Below are positions 1-12,858 of a stretch of DNA of 64,000 bases, one piece after another. The stretch is from NCBI RefSeq assembly GCF_006345805.1, contig NC_043005.1, positions 101,804,001 to 101,868,000 on the forward strand, read 5' to 3'. Source of the stretch: Octopus sinensis (taxonomy: Eukaryota). Position numbers and translations under genes: made by a program. The notes beneath the pieces were generated by a model. The model was not told the DNA's origin, searched no databases, and saw only the letters and a list, made by a program, of their open reading frames with translations. How positions within the stretch are numbered: position 1 is the first letter of the stretch; each line of letters opens with the position of its first letter.

Positions 1-58
1 ACGATAATCCGTCATTAATATTTCTCTCTCTCTCTCTCTCTCCCTCTCTCTCTCCCTC

Positions 59-121
<63 letters not shown>

Positions 122-382
122 TCAATATTCATATATCTATATATGTACGTATGTACGTATGTGTGTGTGTGTGTTTGTGCGTACGTACGTATACACATAT
201 ACATACATGTGTGTGCGTTTTCCTCATGAACATCCATTGCTGATGTCGACAGACAACGTTTGATGATGGAGATGGCGTTGTTGATGATGACGCAAATGTA
301 TCTATGTGTGTGCATATAAGTCTATTACATCTACTCTGAAATAAAATGCGTTGGCGTAAGTATTACTTATATATATATATAT

Positions 383-414
<32 letters not shown>

Positions 415-1915
415 ATATATACATACGTTAAAAAAGATGACGGAAGGAAAATTATTAAACAAATTACATTGCGGTGAAATCAACGCTATATATAGACTAC
501 CATTTAGCTGTAAGTAATGCCAGGACACATGATATGAACGGCAGCGATGCTAATATATTGAAGCAAGCTGAAATGTATAATGAATGAGGTATAGAGACTA
601 TTAGAGCCATAATAGCAGTCGGTAAATAGAACCATTATACGATATGGAAGAAAAATAGTAATGAATATTGATATAAAGGAAAGAGTAATTAAGAGAGACA
701 TCTAAATGTGACAAAGCTTGTTAAAGTAGAAATCATAAGAAGATGGTTTATTATATAAATATTCATTGTGAAATGTCTACAGAAATGATTAGTGACGTAA
801 TTCCAGACAATTTGAGAATCAGTAAATCATCTAAGAAACGATAATATTTTTGGCATTTGGTGTTCATTTTGTTTATGAAGCAAGTATCTTTAAACGTATA
901 TTTCTATGTAGGAAACTAGAGTACAAGCTGACTTGTTAACAAGGTTTCATATGGCTAATTGCTACGTATCAATCATTATAAAATGTATGATATATATACA
1001 CTTCACAGCGAAACAAGGAACCTAGACTGATTGAGCTGGCTATTCCATTTCTGAGTAGATATATTGATTATCCTGATTAGTGTTGCGTGTTTTTATGTTC
1101 CATTCACTCAATGGGCAGAACGTTAGATCCGTAACCATCATTCTAAAGTAACTAATTTGATTGCGACATTCACATTCCTTTTATTAAGTTTTGACTCAGG
1201 GTACAAATTAATTTAAGGGTGTCTCTAGAATATTCCCCCTAAAAAACATATTGTATCATCATGTGGGTTATTCATGTAAATCCGATATCTTATCAAGCAT
1301 ATTATACATTTGAATATTTAGACCGCATCTCGTTGAGATCAACTTTGCTAATCATACCTTCAGAGTCTAAAGAATAAAGTACCAGTGGATTACTGAGGTC
1401 GATGTAATCCACAGACGTCCTCTCCATTAAAAATTACTGGCCTTGTGCTTAAATGAGAAACCATTTTACGTTACAATCTGAGCAATATTCCTTTTTAAAA
1501 CGCATATCTGAACCATCCTCTTGACAGAATTTATTCACATTCATATATGGCAGATTCTGCTGGTTTTATGATGTCTGCGTTTGTGGGATTGCATAAGCAC
1601 CCCCCCCTACTGGTGGCAGGGAAATCACTGACAATATGGCGGTGCATGTTGTATCAATACGCACAGAGAAAACCACAAAATAGACGTATTCTTTTAGAAA
1701 ACCATGCATTGTATATTAAATATATAAACCAATACTAAACAGCCAAAGAGTCACAAACAAATCAAACTACAGTTTGTTTGTAAAACATACCATCAGTCAA
1801 AGATTAAATGACAATCGAGAGAAATACAGCTATAGGTCGCACGGTACACAGTACTAGAAATTAGCTCAAATGATAGTGGCAGTAAAAAACAATTGTTTTA
1901 AAATAAATAATGAAC

Positions 1916-3139
1916 AGTGGGGTGTGGCTTACCCCAGGTGATGTTTCTTTCTAAATATCTTACGTGTAGCAGTAGTGAAACAAGCATCCTCCCATGTGAT
2001 TTCCTGTCAATATCCACTGAGTTGATGCATCAGATTGCTCAGTCTGTGTTGGGATTATATATATATATAGTAATTGCATCTCAAGGTGTAGCAAACCCTT
2101 CCTACCTTTCTTACAGGTAATTTTTCTAAGGTATATATTTCCTTTATTATCTCATATGGGTGTCGTAAGGTTCATTTGTGGCATGCACAACATAATATAC
2201 ATTTGCGTTGCTCTTGTTTTTGTAATACATAATTATGATGACAGCGTTTGTCGCTATCAAAAGTAGGACAGAGTAGACAAGTTTATCTGGCTTCCAGAGA
2301 CGCCTCTTATATGTGCAAGAAACGTGTGTTGCATTGTATATCACAATGCATCCTGAAGCTGCAGTTGAGTTAGACACCAAAGAATAAAAAGACCAGTAAT
2401 CAATACCTTCTACAACACTGCTAAAGAAGGAGTAGATACTGTTAAGCAGTTATATTCAACCTATAATGTTTCCCGGAATACTTGATGCTGGACTCTTACA
2501 AGTTTTTACACCACACTCAGTGTTGCAGGAATAAATGCATTCATGATATGCATGGCAAAGTTTCAGTGAACCATGAGGTGCCAGAGTTTTCAGAAAATGT
2601 TTGGGATGAAGTTAGTGGACGACCATCGCCATCGAAAGACTGAGCCACGTTTGAGAAGAGACCTGAAAAGGAAGATCCACCACTTTTAACCAGATGGGCC
2701 ATTTAAGGAATTACCTCCAAAAGGCCATTGTAAAAGTTCTCAACAAAATTGCACATTGTGCCCCAAATCAAAGAATCGAAAGACAACGAATAACTCTCTG
2801 AAGTGTTGGAAACCCATCTGCTTGGGTTACTCATTCATGGTTTCTGTTCACTGTTATGAGAGTGACGAGAAGAGAAAGCAAGCAGTGACAAGGACTCGGT
2901 AATAAACACCAAATGGTTTATTAAATAAAATGTCTGTTCTTTATGTTTGTCTGCCTTAGTAAATTTTCGTACATGAAATTGACTTTGTGTAAGATTAAAA
3001 TGACTTTTGATAAGAAAATTGTATAGAAACTTTTGATAAATAATTGTTAAACTAATAAGAAATAAAATAAAATATCTGGGGTAAATCATACGCCACTACA
3101 CGAACGGTGTTTTAATATCCCGCTCCAACGGAGTGTTAA
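1916..3139 (+). mobile_element. Degenerate piggyBac-like DNA transposon remnant (C-terminal transposase and right end)
   Basis: Hand translation of about 2330-2450 gives ITMHPEAAVELDTKE...INTFYNTAKEGVDTVKQ (piggyBac YN.TKGGVD..DQ motif). About 2750-2855 gives CTLCPKSKNRKTTNNSLKCWKPICLGYSFMVFCSL, a decayed Cys-rich domain. The element ends in ...CGGAGTG followed by TTAA (3136-3139). GTGGGGTGTGGCTTACCCCAG near 1917 is an imperfect inverted match to CTGGGGTAAATCATACGCCAC near 3076. No left terminus was found. Confidence 0.75.
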
Positions 3140-3637
3140 AACTATAAATGTTACAAGTATAAATATATTGCGTATCGCATGCGTCGGGAAATTTGTGTTT
3201 TGTCTTCTGTTGATAACATTTTGATTAATATTGGGCCAAACATGTCTTCCCATTTTGTTACTGAACGATCAAACGTACACAACAAATTGAGCCTTGCATG
3301 TTTTCCGACATTATGAAATTTCTAATATGAATACATTGATAGATATATAGCTTTGTGCTGCTCATAGGAAAAAAGTAGTTGAATGAAATGACTCTATTGT
3401 ATAATAGAGGGCTTTTGGTGCGACGTTATTTCCTGAGATTCATCAGCAAATGTATTTGTATATAAAGAATACGTTTGTTAAAAATCAATTTTTATCCTAT
3501 TAATGTAAATCAAGTGAGGAAAATTGTAAGCATGGATAGATGATTGCATTTGAACCAATGGTTCTTATCTATACTATATAATAGTCATAAAACGTACTAT
3601 TTATATAATAGTTCTCTGTTAATATAATATGATATTT

Positions 3638-4052
3638 GTGGCGGCGAGCTGGCAGAAACGTAACACGCCGAGCGAAATGCCTAGCAGTATTTCGTCTGCT
3701 ACTACGTTGTGAGTTCAAATTCCGCCGAGGTCGACTTTGCCTTTCATCCTTTCGGGGTCGATTGAATAAGTATCAGTTACGCACTGGGATCGATATAATC
3801 GACTTAATCCGTTCGTCAGTCCTTGTTTCTTCCCTCTGTATGTAGCCCCTTGGGGGTATTAAAGAAATAGGTATTTCGTCTGTCTCTACGTTCTGAGTTC
3901 AAATTCCGCCGAGGTCGACTTTGCCTTTCATCCTTTCGGGGTCGATAAATAAAGTACCAGCTTCGCACTGGGGTCGATGTAATCGACTTAATCCGTTTCT
4001 CTGTCCTTGTTTGTCCCCTCTGTGTTTAGCCCCTTGTGGGCATTAAATAAAT
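3638..4052 (+). mobile_element. tRNA-derived SINE family A, dimeric copy with 16-bp TSD
   Basis: Head GGCGGCGAGCTGGCAGAAACG, B-box-like GAGTTCAAATTCC, central GTCGACTTTGCCTTTCATCCTTTCGGGGTCGA. A second headless unit starts at 3871. TSD ATATAATATGATATTT at 3622-3637 and 4053-4068. Confidence 0.9.
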
Positions 4053-4432
4053 ATATAATATGATATTTATACAATAGATGTTTACAAGTAAGAGTTAAAA
4101 TGGGGAACAGGGCAGAGAAGTCCGAGTTGGGAGGAAGTGAATTCTAAATTAAGGGGAAAGAATATAAAAAATATAAAACAAACATACCTAATTTATTATA
4201 AATCGGGGAAGATTTTAAGGGTGTAGATCAAATATTTGAGTAAAAGAAAACCAGTTTATGAATTATACTGGTCTTTCTTTTATCACTTCCATTGTGAGAT
4301 GTGTTTATATTGAAGTCGATTCCATTACAGAGACCAATGAATCATTGTACATTAAAGATAACACAGAAAGAAGTTAGATTCGGCAAGCAAAAGTGCACTG
4401 TGCATATATGTATCTCAACTATATAACTGACA

Positions 4433-4665
4433 TGGCGGCGAGCTGGCAGAAACGTTAGCACACCGGGCGAAATGCGTAGCCGTATTTCGTCTGTCGTTAT
4501 ATTCCGAGTTCAAATTCCGCCGAGGTCGACTTTGCCTTTTCATTCTTTCGAGGTCGATAAATTAAGTACCAGTTACGCACTGGGGTGGATGTAATCGACT
4601 TAATCTCTTTGTCTGTCCTTATTTATCCCCTCTATGTTTAGCCCCTTGTGGGTAGTAAAGAAATA
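4433..4665 (+). mobile_element. tRNA-derived SINE family A, monomer with 13-bp TSD
   Basis: Same head, core and tail as the 3638 copy. TSD TATATAACTGACA at 4420-4432 and 4666-4678. Confidence 0.9.
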
Positions 4666-6747
4666 TATATAACTGACAACTCTTTCTCTGGGTTGTACTT
4701 CTAGGTTCAAATCTCCTCGGAGTAAACAATATGAGCCGTGACCAAAATATTACATCTTTGACTTTCTGAATCTTTAGTATTATCCTAACCACACAATAGA
4801 TTGACAGAGTTGATCAGAACTGGTACAGAGCCATGTTTACACACTTCAAGTTTATAATCGATTCCAAAAGCTTCTTATGCTATTAATATTTATTTTGTTA
4901 TTATATTTTAAACTGTGGTTTGAATGATTGAGTTTCACTCACTTTTCAATGACGTTGGTGTAGTTTAAACCAGAGCAGATATAAAGTAAAGGAAAAAAAT
5001 CTCGTTCAACAGATAATCCAATTCTCTACTCTCTCTGCCAACCAATATATCTACTAATTCCTATGTACATATTCCTATCACGTTTCTTCAATTGTCTATT
5101 TATTTCTCTTAGCTTCTCACTTATACTCACACATCGTTACTGTTATTCGCGAACACACAAACCCTCGAATAAACACGCACGCACATACACATGTAAACAC
5201 ACTAACACACACACACTCTCTCTCTCTCTCATACACGCACAGGAATATTCTTACCTCTTGCTGCTGCTTAATGCTCACAGATATACGTACACATACTTCC
5301 TCTTTCACGCCATCTAATACAATCGGTGTGTGTGTATGTGTGTGTCTCTCTCCTCCATCCCCACACGCCTGTTCTTACGTTTCTATTTATAGCTTTCCAA
5401 TAAAGATAAACCGATCTGCAACTAAGTACTAAAGTCCCTTTCATTGAAATTCTATGCAACAAAATCTTACTCAGCTCCCATGCTGAGGTTTAGAAAAATC
5501 CTGCCACTTTACAATCTGTAAATGCAGAATACCCATTTCTTGTGTTATTGCCAGAAATTTCCAACATTTGAAAGTGTATTCTTAGACATTTGGCACCGCA
5601 AACCTCTGTACCGATAATTACAAGTTCAAATTCGAACCGAAATTGGATTTGGCCATCTTCTATAGCAACAAATCATATTTAGTCATACAATTCACATATA
5701 ATTTCATGTCATTTTGGAAATTTTCTTCGAGTAATGAGAATATATTTAACTTTATTAACATTGTTTACCATAGATTTCTTCAGAGAGCTCAGTATCCTGT
5801 ATCAATATTCAATTATTCGATGTATTTATCGTACATTTCTATTACAAGAACTTTTTTCTTGTATTCTGAGGAGATTTCATTGGTGACTTTATAGTATTTT
5901 ATTAACGTAGTTGCCATAATCAATATTTCTGTTTGCCTAGTCAACCAGATTATAGTTGAAACAATTCTATTTATTCTAGAATTACAATAACATCAGACTG
6001 TCTTCACATCTATTTTTCTCCATCGTTTCTTATACATTTAATATTTTATGACACACACAAAGTTGACGTAGATTCGCATGCTTGCACATTTTCAGTAGCA
6101 GATTTTCTCACTTTGGTAGCCATAATTTATGCTTTCGGATTAGTAAAATTTATATCGATTCTTCAAATTCTCAAGCTACGCCGTATTCTTTACCTAATAT
6201 TTATGTTATTAGGGAAACAGCCAAATTTTATGTCACAAGCTTTTGTTATATGTTTGAAACTCCATTCTCAATCAGATGTAATTAAAAAGGTTATGTTCTT
6301 TACAGCGATTTTCACTGCTTCTTCAACATTTCCTTCCTCAGTGCTAGCTTCAAATATGTTCTGCAGTGGTACATTGAAATACATTTTACACCACAGCATA
6401 AAATGCATTTTAAACTATCACCTTAAAATATGGTTTTCACCATACATATATCATTGCTGTTATAAAGAGATATTTTTCACTCTACTACAAAATGCATTTC
6501 CTTAATATCTGAATCTGCTTTCTTACTGTTACAATAAAACATCTTTTTAGTGAGTCTTTAAATTACGTTTACAATAGAATCTAAAGGTGTTAATTTTTTA
6601 GTAACTGATTCGGTAAATATTATATAGTTAGTCATAGTAAAACACCGAGCATGTGGCTGGCTAAATTACGGGAACGTAAACACACCAGCATCGGTTGTCA
6701 AGCGATGTTGGGGGGGGGGCACAAACACACAAACATATACACATACA

Positions 6748-6811
<64 letters not shown>

Positions 6812-6814
<3 letters not shown>

Positions 6815-8690
6815 ATAAAACGGTAAGATAACAAAAGAAAGAAAGAGACCTCAATATTATGTAAACAGAGGAAATTTATCTATACAATATGTTACATTAC
6901 TCGGTAGTCAAGATAAAACTCTGAGTTTCAGATGCCGAAGTGGAAATCCACAACACCATCTCTTCGGTTATCTGGCTATTTGAAAACGTTATGAAAAAAT
7001 ACCGTTAAAAATGAAGGGAAATTACTCTGTTATAACTCTGCTTTGCCTGCGTACTTATACATCGCTCGCATTTTTCGTCATAAAAATTATATAAAAATAC
7101 ATAAAAATATATAAAAATATATAAAAAATATATAAAATCTTCTTGGGACATAACACAGAAAGCATGTTCTATCCGTTTTCTTTAGGGGACCAAAAACGTA
7201 ACAGAAATTTAGTCACATGTGGGCATGATCCGAAAAGCTCTGTCCTTGTATTTAGACATGTGGTAGGGTCTAAGCTGCTTTTCCAGATAAGCCATCTCTC
7301 CATGTCGCATAAACCGCACCTTCCGCTGCCGTTAGTATAGGGCTTACATCTGGCCAAAATCTTCCATTGTATGTTATAATCGACACCTTTATCTCTTAAA
7401 GACCAAATATGATTGGATAATTGTGTCGCTTTTCTTTTGTTCCAGTGCCTAAAGCTCAAAGTGTGGTTATTGAACCTGGCCTTGAAATTACCCTCTGTCA
7501 GGCCCACGTATTTCTTCGTCGAAACGGTGTCTTTAGTGGTTATAGAGTTTACGGTAGCTTCATATATGATGGTCTTGGACATGCAAGCTCCATTTAGCGG
7601 GCACAATTCTTTATTCCTGCATGAACAGCTGTTTTCTTCTTGTGTTTTTTGTATGTTATGATTGATTATGTTTTTAAAATTGGTAGTTGAACTAAAACTA
7701 ATTTTTAAATTGTGTCTATTAAAGAGTTTCCTATAAGCATGGTTAACTGGAAAATGTCTATCTATCAGTGCTAGGAAATATTTACCTATATTGAAGGCCA
7801 CCTCGGGTGAGTAAGGGGGCGTAACCAGATGACCTTCCTATTTCTATTATTCCTTTTCCTTATTGTTGGGCTGGTGATAGGTGTATATTTTATTTTTTCG
7901 CTAAAACCACTATCTTTTAAAGCTTTATTATAAACTGGGGCAACGCTATTGAAGATGTCCTCATTAGATGAGAGGCTAGAAATCCTCTTACTAATATTTT
8001 TTACTAAATTTTTGAATACTATAGGGGGATGGCATGAACCTACATTAATATAACTTAGTCTATCATTGGGCTTCCTATAAGGCTTATAAATATTATTATT
8101 AAGATCTAAGGAACGTCTAAGAAATTGACAACCGTCAGGTTAGTGTCTATAGTTATACTAAGTCCGAAGTGTTTCATTAACTGGATAATATCTTCCTAAA
8201 ACGATCTTGTGCTGGTCCATTTGTATTAGCTGTTAAGGCGAGGGCATCATCTTTGTAGATGGCGAAATGTACGTTAGGGAATGTCTTACCGAAGGTATCT
8301 AGGAGAAAGAGTCCATTAGATCACAGATGCCTGCCCCATCATATGAACCCATGCTCACATCGAAAGCGCCCTCCGTGTCGGTGTTTTTTACCCACTTTGC
8401 ATTCTCACTGAAAAGTAATGTCTTTCTAGCATGGAAGATTATATCCTTATCATTGGTACTAATTTCTATGAAGTCACTAGCGAAGATTAGGGCTTTATCT
8501 AGCAGTTCTTTAGAGATAGCATAAAATCAACAATATCGAATTGTGTAAACCTCGCTTTTTTCTTATTCTTAATAGCTTTAAACCAGTCTACGACTTCTAT
8601 ACTATTGGACCATTGCACTAGCCTAGTATCGGTCTTAATTTTCGTATTTATTTTATCTAAAATTTCTTTGCTAATAATCCCTAGTTCTGA
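6812..8690 (-). mobile_element. Penelope-like retroelement (Naiad-type), 5'-truncated left copy: RT, GIY-YIG endonuclease and 3' pLTR
   Basis: Minus-strand RT motifs KSELGIISK, FTQFDIVDF, FDVSMGSYDGAGICD and AIYKDDALA, broken by frameshifts. ORF 7169-7801 has a CxCx5Cx5C knuckle (CSCRNKELCPLNGAC), IIYEA...KYVGLT (GIY-YIG), FKARFNNH and CGLC. Inserted in (TA)n. Confidence 0.92.
6907..6977 (-). ncRNA. Hammerhead-like motif in the Penelope 3' region (variant core)
   Basis: Mirror image of the motif at 9950-10020. Confidence 0.5.
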
Positions 8691-10045
8691 CTTAACAGCT
8701 AATACAAATGGACCAGCACAAGATCGTTTTAGGAAGGATATTATCCAGTTAATGAAACACTTCGGACTTAGTATAACTATAGACACTAACCTGACGGTTG
8801 TCAATTTCTTAGACGTTTCCTTAGATCTTAATAATAATATTTATAAGCCTTATAGGAAGCCCAATGATAGACTAAGTTATTTAATGTAGGTTCATGCCAT
8901 CCCCCTATAGTATTCAAAATTTAGTTAAAAATATTAGTAAGAGGATTTCTAGCCTCTCATCTAATGAGGACATCTTCAATAGCGTTGCCCCAGTTTATAA
9001 TAAAGCTTTAAAAGATAGTGGTTTTAGCGAAAAAATAAAATATACACCTATCACCAGCCCAACAATAAGGAAAAGGAATAATAGAAATAGGAAGGTCATC
9101 TGGTTTACGCCCCCTTACTCACCCGAGGTGGCCTTCAATATAGGTAAATATTTCCTAGCACTGATAGATAGACATTTTCCAGTTAACCATGCTTATAGGA
9201 AACTCTTTAATAGACACAATTTAAAAATTAGTTTTAGTTCAACTACCAATTTTAAAAACATAATCAATCATAACATACAAAAAACACAAGAAGAAAACAG
9301 CTGTTCATGCAGGAATAAAGAATTGTGCCCGCTAAATGGAGCTTGCATGTCCAAGACCATCATATGAAGCTACCGTAAACTCTATAACCACTAAAGACAC
9401 CGTTTCGACGAAGAAATACGTGGGCCTGACAGAGGGTAATTTCAAGGCCAGGTTCAATAACCACACTTTGAGCTTTAGGCACTGGAACAAAAGAAAAGCG
9501 ACACAATTATCCAATCATATTTGGTCTTTAAGAGATAAAGGTGTCGATTATAACATACAATGGAAGATTTTGGCCAGATGTAAGCCCTATACTAACGGCA
9601 GCGGAAGGTGCGGTTTATGCGACATGGAGAGATGGCTTATCTGGAAAAGCAGCTTAGACCCTACCACATGTCTAAATACAAGGACAGAGCTTTTCGGATC
9701 ATGCCCACATGTGACTAAATTTCTGTTACGTTTTTGGTCCCCTAAAGAAAACGGATAGAACATGCTTTCTGTGTTATGTCCCAAAAGATTTTATATATTT
9801 TTTATATATTTTTTATATATTTTTATGTATTTTTATATAATTTTTATGACGAAAAATGCGAGCGATGTATAAGTACGCAGGCAAAGCAGAGTTATAACAG
9901 AGTAATTTCCCTTCATTTTTAACGGTATTTTTTCATAACGTTTTCAAATAGCCAGATAACCGAAGAGATGGTGTTGTGGATTTCCACTTCGGCATCTGAA
10001 ACTCAGAGTTTTATCTTGACTACCGAGTAATGTAACATATTGTAT

Positions 10046-10050
<5 letters not shown>
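8691..10050 (+). mobile_element. Penelope-like retroelement, inverted near-identical right copy
   Basis: Reverse complement of 6877-8237 apart from a few small indels and substitutions. ORFs 8894-9367 and 9336-9758 give the same thumb and GIY-YIG protein, split by a frameshift near 9360. Confidence 0.92.
9950..10020 (+). ncRNA. Hammerhead-like motif in the Penelope 3' region (variant core)
   Basis: AGATAA-CCGAAGA-GATG...CATC-T-GAAA-CTCAGAG-TT-TTATCT. Stem I is AGATAA/TTATCT, stem III is the near-palindrome ACTCAGAGT, and the cleavage triplet is GUU. The core has C in place of U4 and one extra U before GAAA. Confidence 0.5.
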
Positions 10051-10076
<26 letters not shown>

Positions 10077-10570
10077 CGAAGGGCTTCTTTCAGTTTCCGT
10101 CTACCAAATCCACTCACAAGTCTTTTGCCTGCCCGAGGCTATAGTAGAAGACACTTGCCCCAGGTGCATGCAGTGTGACTGAACCCGGAACCATGTGGTT
10201 CTTAAGCAAGCTAATCCCCCCCGCAGCCACTCCTACGTTTATACATCTACTTAATAACTTTTTTCATCTGTGTAGTTGGTGTAGATTTATTGGTGAGATT
10301 GCTATTGGATTTCATTTCGTTTCTTGTCACGGGTCTTTCTCCCTGATTGATTCTGTTGAACCAGTCAATTAGATAATAACCCATTTACTAGATTTTCTTG
10401 CTTTGCTGTGGATTAATTTCTAATCTCAGATGAAATTTGTCAACAAGGGACTTGAACACATGCACTAAGTTATTTGTAGACAGATATCTGAGTACTTTTT
10501 TTTACTAAATATTGAAAAGTTAAGTCCGGCGTCCAGTCCATGAAATGATATATACATGTATAAAAAGAAG

Positions 10571-10873
10571 CACTCCGTTGGTAATGACGGCGAGGGTCCC
10601 ACCTGATAGGATCAACGGAAATTAACTTGCATGTGGCTGAGCACTCCACAGACACGTGTAACCTTAACGTAGTTCTAAGGGAGATTCAACGTGACACAGA
10701 GTGTGACAAGGCTGGCCCTTTTTTGAAATACAGGTACTACTCATTTTTGCCAGCTGAGTGGACTGGAGTAACGCGAAATAAAGTGTCTTGCTCAAGGACA
10801 GAACACGTCAGCAGGAACTGAACTCATGACCTTACGATCGTGAGACGAATGCCCTAACCACTAAGCCACACGT
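10571..10873 (-). mobile_element. tRNA-derived SINE family C
   Basis: Reverse-complement head GTGGCTTAGTGGTTAGGG...GAGTTCAGTTCC (A and B boxes), then CCTTGAGCAAGACAC. Homologous to 15628-15945. Confidence 0.8.
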
Positions 10874-10955
10874 GCAGTCCCACTGCGTGACACCTTGTGT
10901 AACTGTCTTCTACTATAGCGTCGGGCCGACTTAAGTCTTGCGATGAATTTAGTAG

Positions 10956-10984
<29 letters not shown>

Positions 10985-10987
<3 letters not shown>

Positions 10988-11400
10988 GATATAAACTCCA
11001 TTCTGTCAGTCTGTCTGTGTGTCTTCTAGGATCTCGGGCATCCTCCATCCGATTGCGCTCAAATTTGATATGTAGATACCGACGGTATCAGAGCGTGTAT
11101 AAGTCTTGAAAAAAGTACAAAAATCGATTCCAGGTGAGAATGCGATCGATTACTGGTACTTTTAAACTCTTCGGTTGCATATTTGTGTGAATAAAATCGT
11201 TTTTCTTTGGAATAGAAAAAAAAGTGTATCTTTATTTCTTCTTTTGCTGGTGTCTCAAATTTAGGTTAAATCAGTGCTTCAGAAAGGGGAGGGCTCTGGG
11301 ACGGTCGGACAAGTTGTTTTGAGAAAATTTGGTTTAAATGTTTGCTTTAGATGTTTGAGAACTCAGCAGCGTCCATTGGACGGGGGGCGTTTTGCCCGTT
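10985..11400 (+). mobile_element. Non-autonomous Helitron/Helentron-like repeat
   Basis: (CTGT)n near the 5' end, CCGATTGCGCTCAAATTTG, and a 3' hairpin CGTCCATTGGACG shortly before the end. A second copy lies inverted at 20599-20945. Confidence 0.6.
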
Positions 11401-11499
11401 TATATATATATATATTATATATATATATATATAATATATATATATATATATACATACATACATACATATATCTTTATTTGTATCTATCTATATATCTAA

Positions 11500-12640
11500 C
11501 AACTTCTTTCACAGGCATAGAAATAGAAAAATGAATCGCTAGAAAGAGCAGCACCAAAACATATATCCATAGGGAATTCAGAAATAATACTGGACCTTAG
11601 AAAGGAATAGGAGAGATTTCAATTGAAGTCAATAACACAATAAATAATAGAAATAGACGAACAGGTCAATGCAACTGTGCTAGAGATAAAGTATACCCAT
11701 TGAACTCAAAATGTAAAACTAAGAAGCTGGTTTATAGATGCACATTTTCCTCGGATGCAAAGAAATACTTTTTTTCAAAAAGAGATTGGACAATCATTCA
11801 AATTCCTTCAGAGACAGGAATAAATAAATAATACAAGTCTAAGTAAACTTATCTGGTCAATGAGAGGCAAAAACAATAACTATTTTATCGATTGGTAACT
11901 AATTAATACTGCTAAGTCTTATCGAGTAAGGTGATATTAATGCGAATAATTCGCAGAGGAATTTTACCAGATATTTACATCGAAACTCACGTTAATTAAT
12001 ACAAAATATAAATAAGCAGGGTCCATTAAAATAAAATTATTTTAATAATAAGGACATCAGTTTAGGGTCGAGAGCAGCATATCCGTGTATCTACCATAGA
12101 TGTGGACAGCCACATATTCTAATTTCCATAGTCACTTACATATGTATGCGCATCGACAGATCGTTATATTCATCGATATAAATACCCACGCATACATAAA
12201 AATCACATTCGGGCATACTCCGGCAAGTACATCCAGCGTACAGTAGGTTCTAAGCGTGGTGTAGACTGAGTAACAGCACAGATGGGCAGAAGTCCACTGC
12301 AACTGTTTAAGACGCGTTTTTTATTTATATTTATGTAAGTAAAACCACATAATTTATTAATAGCGAAACAATTGTCTCGAACTAATCTACATTTTGTTAT
12401 GTTTATTTGCCCTGTTCATTTGCGCTGGTAGTAGTGCTAACTTTCAACGGAAACAATTTCTTTTGTGGCTGAGACCTTGCGGATCTATTTTTAGTGCTAG
12501 AGTAGACCACATGGTGGTCACTCTCTTATATTTATGTATAAAATGTGTCGTAATCCGGGTTTTTTATGCACTAAGCCACTTGGTGGTAAATGGATGTGCT
12601 ATTAAATTAGTACCCAATTTTCTCACCCTTATCGGTTGAT
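11500..12640 (+). mobile_element. Old degenerate Penelope-like element (GIY-YIG remnant with putative terminal region)
   Basis: From about 11670 the hand translation reads CNCARDKVYPLNSKCKTKKLVYRCT...FKKRLDNHSNSFRDRNK...TSLSKLIWSMRGKNNNYFIDW, homologous to the 7169-7801 protein. Flanked by (TA)n. The end at about 12560-12630 resembles 58170-58230 in reverse orientation. Confidence 0.7.
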
Positions 12641-12643
12641 TAT

Positions 12644-12677
<34 letters not shown>

Positions 12678-12687
12678 CACACGCATA

Positions 12688-12858
12688 GGCGTGGGAGTGG
12701 CTTCGTGGTAAGTAGCTTGCTTACCAACCACATGGTTTCGGGTTCAATCTCACTACGTGGCACGTTGGGCAAAAGTATCTTCTACTATAGCCTCGGGCCG
12801 ACTAATGGTGGTGCTCCATCATGGCCACAGTCAAATGACTGAAACAAGTAAAAGAGTA
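12688..12858 (+). mobile_element. SINE family B, internally deleted
   Basis: Family-B head and CTACTATAGCCTCGGGCCGA are joined directly to the tail GGTGCTCCATCATGGCCACAGTCAAATGACTGAAACAAG. Confidence 0.8.

Larger units (their letters stand above)
6661..10238 (-). mobile_element. tRNA-derived SINE family B, split by the Penelope insertion into its internal (TA)n tract
   Basis: About 10075-10238 is the reverse complement of the family-B head (compare 18931 and 37273). About 6661-6745 is the reverse complement of the family-B segment that follows the microsatellite (CCCCCAACATCGCTTGACAACCGATGCTGG). Confidence 0.8.

Noticed and set aside
9840-9900. Possible SECIS element downstream of the Naiad-type ORF (some Naiads encode selenoproteins)
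   Set aside because: ATGA...GA is present, but the intervening helix does not pair, and the conserved cysteines in the translated ORFs are not TGA.
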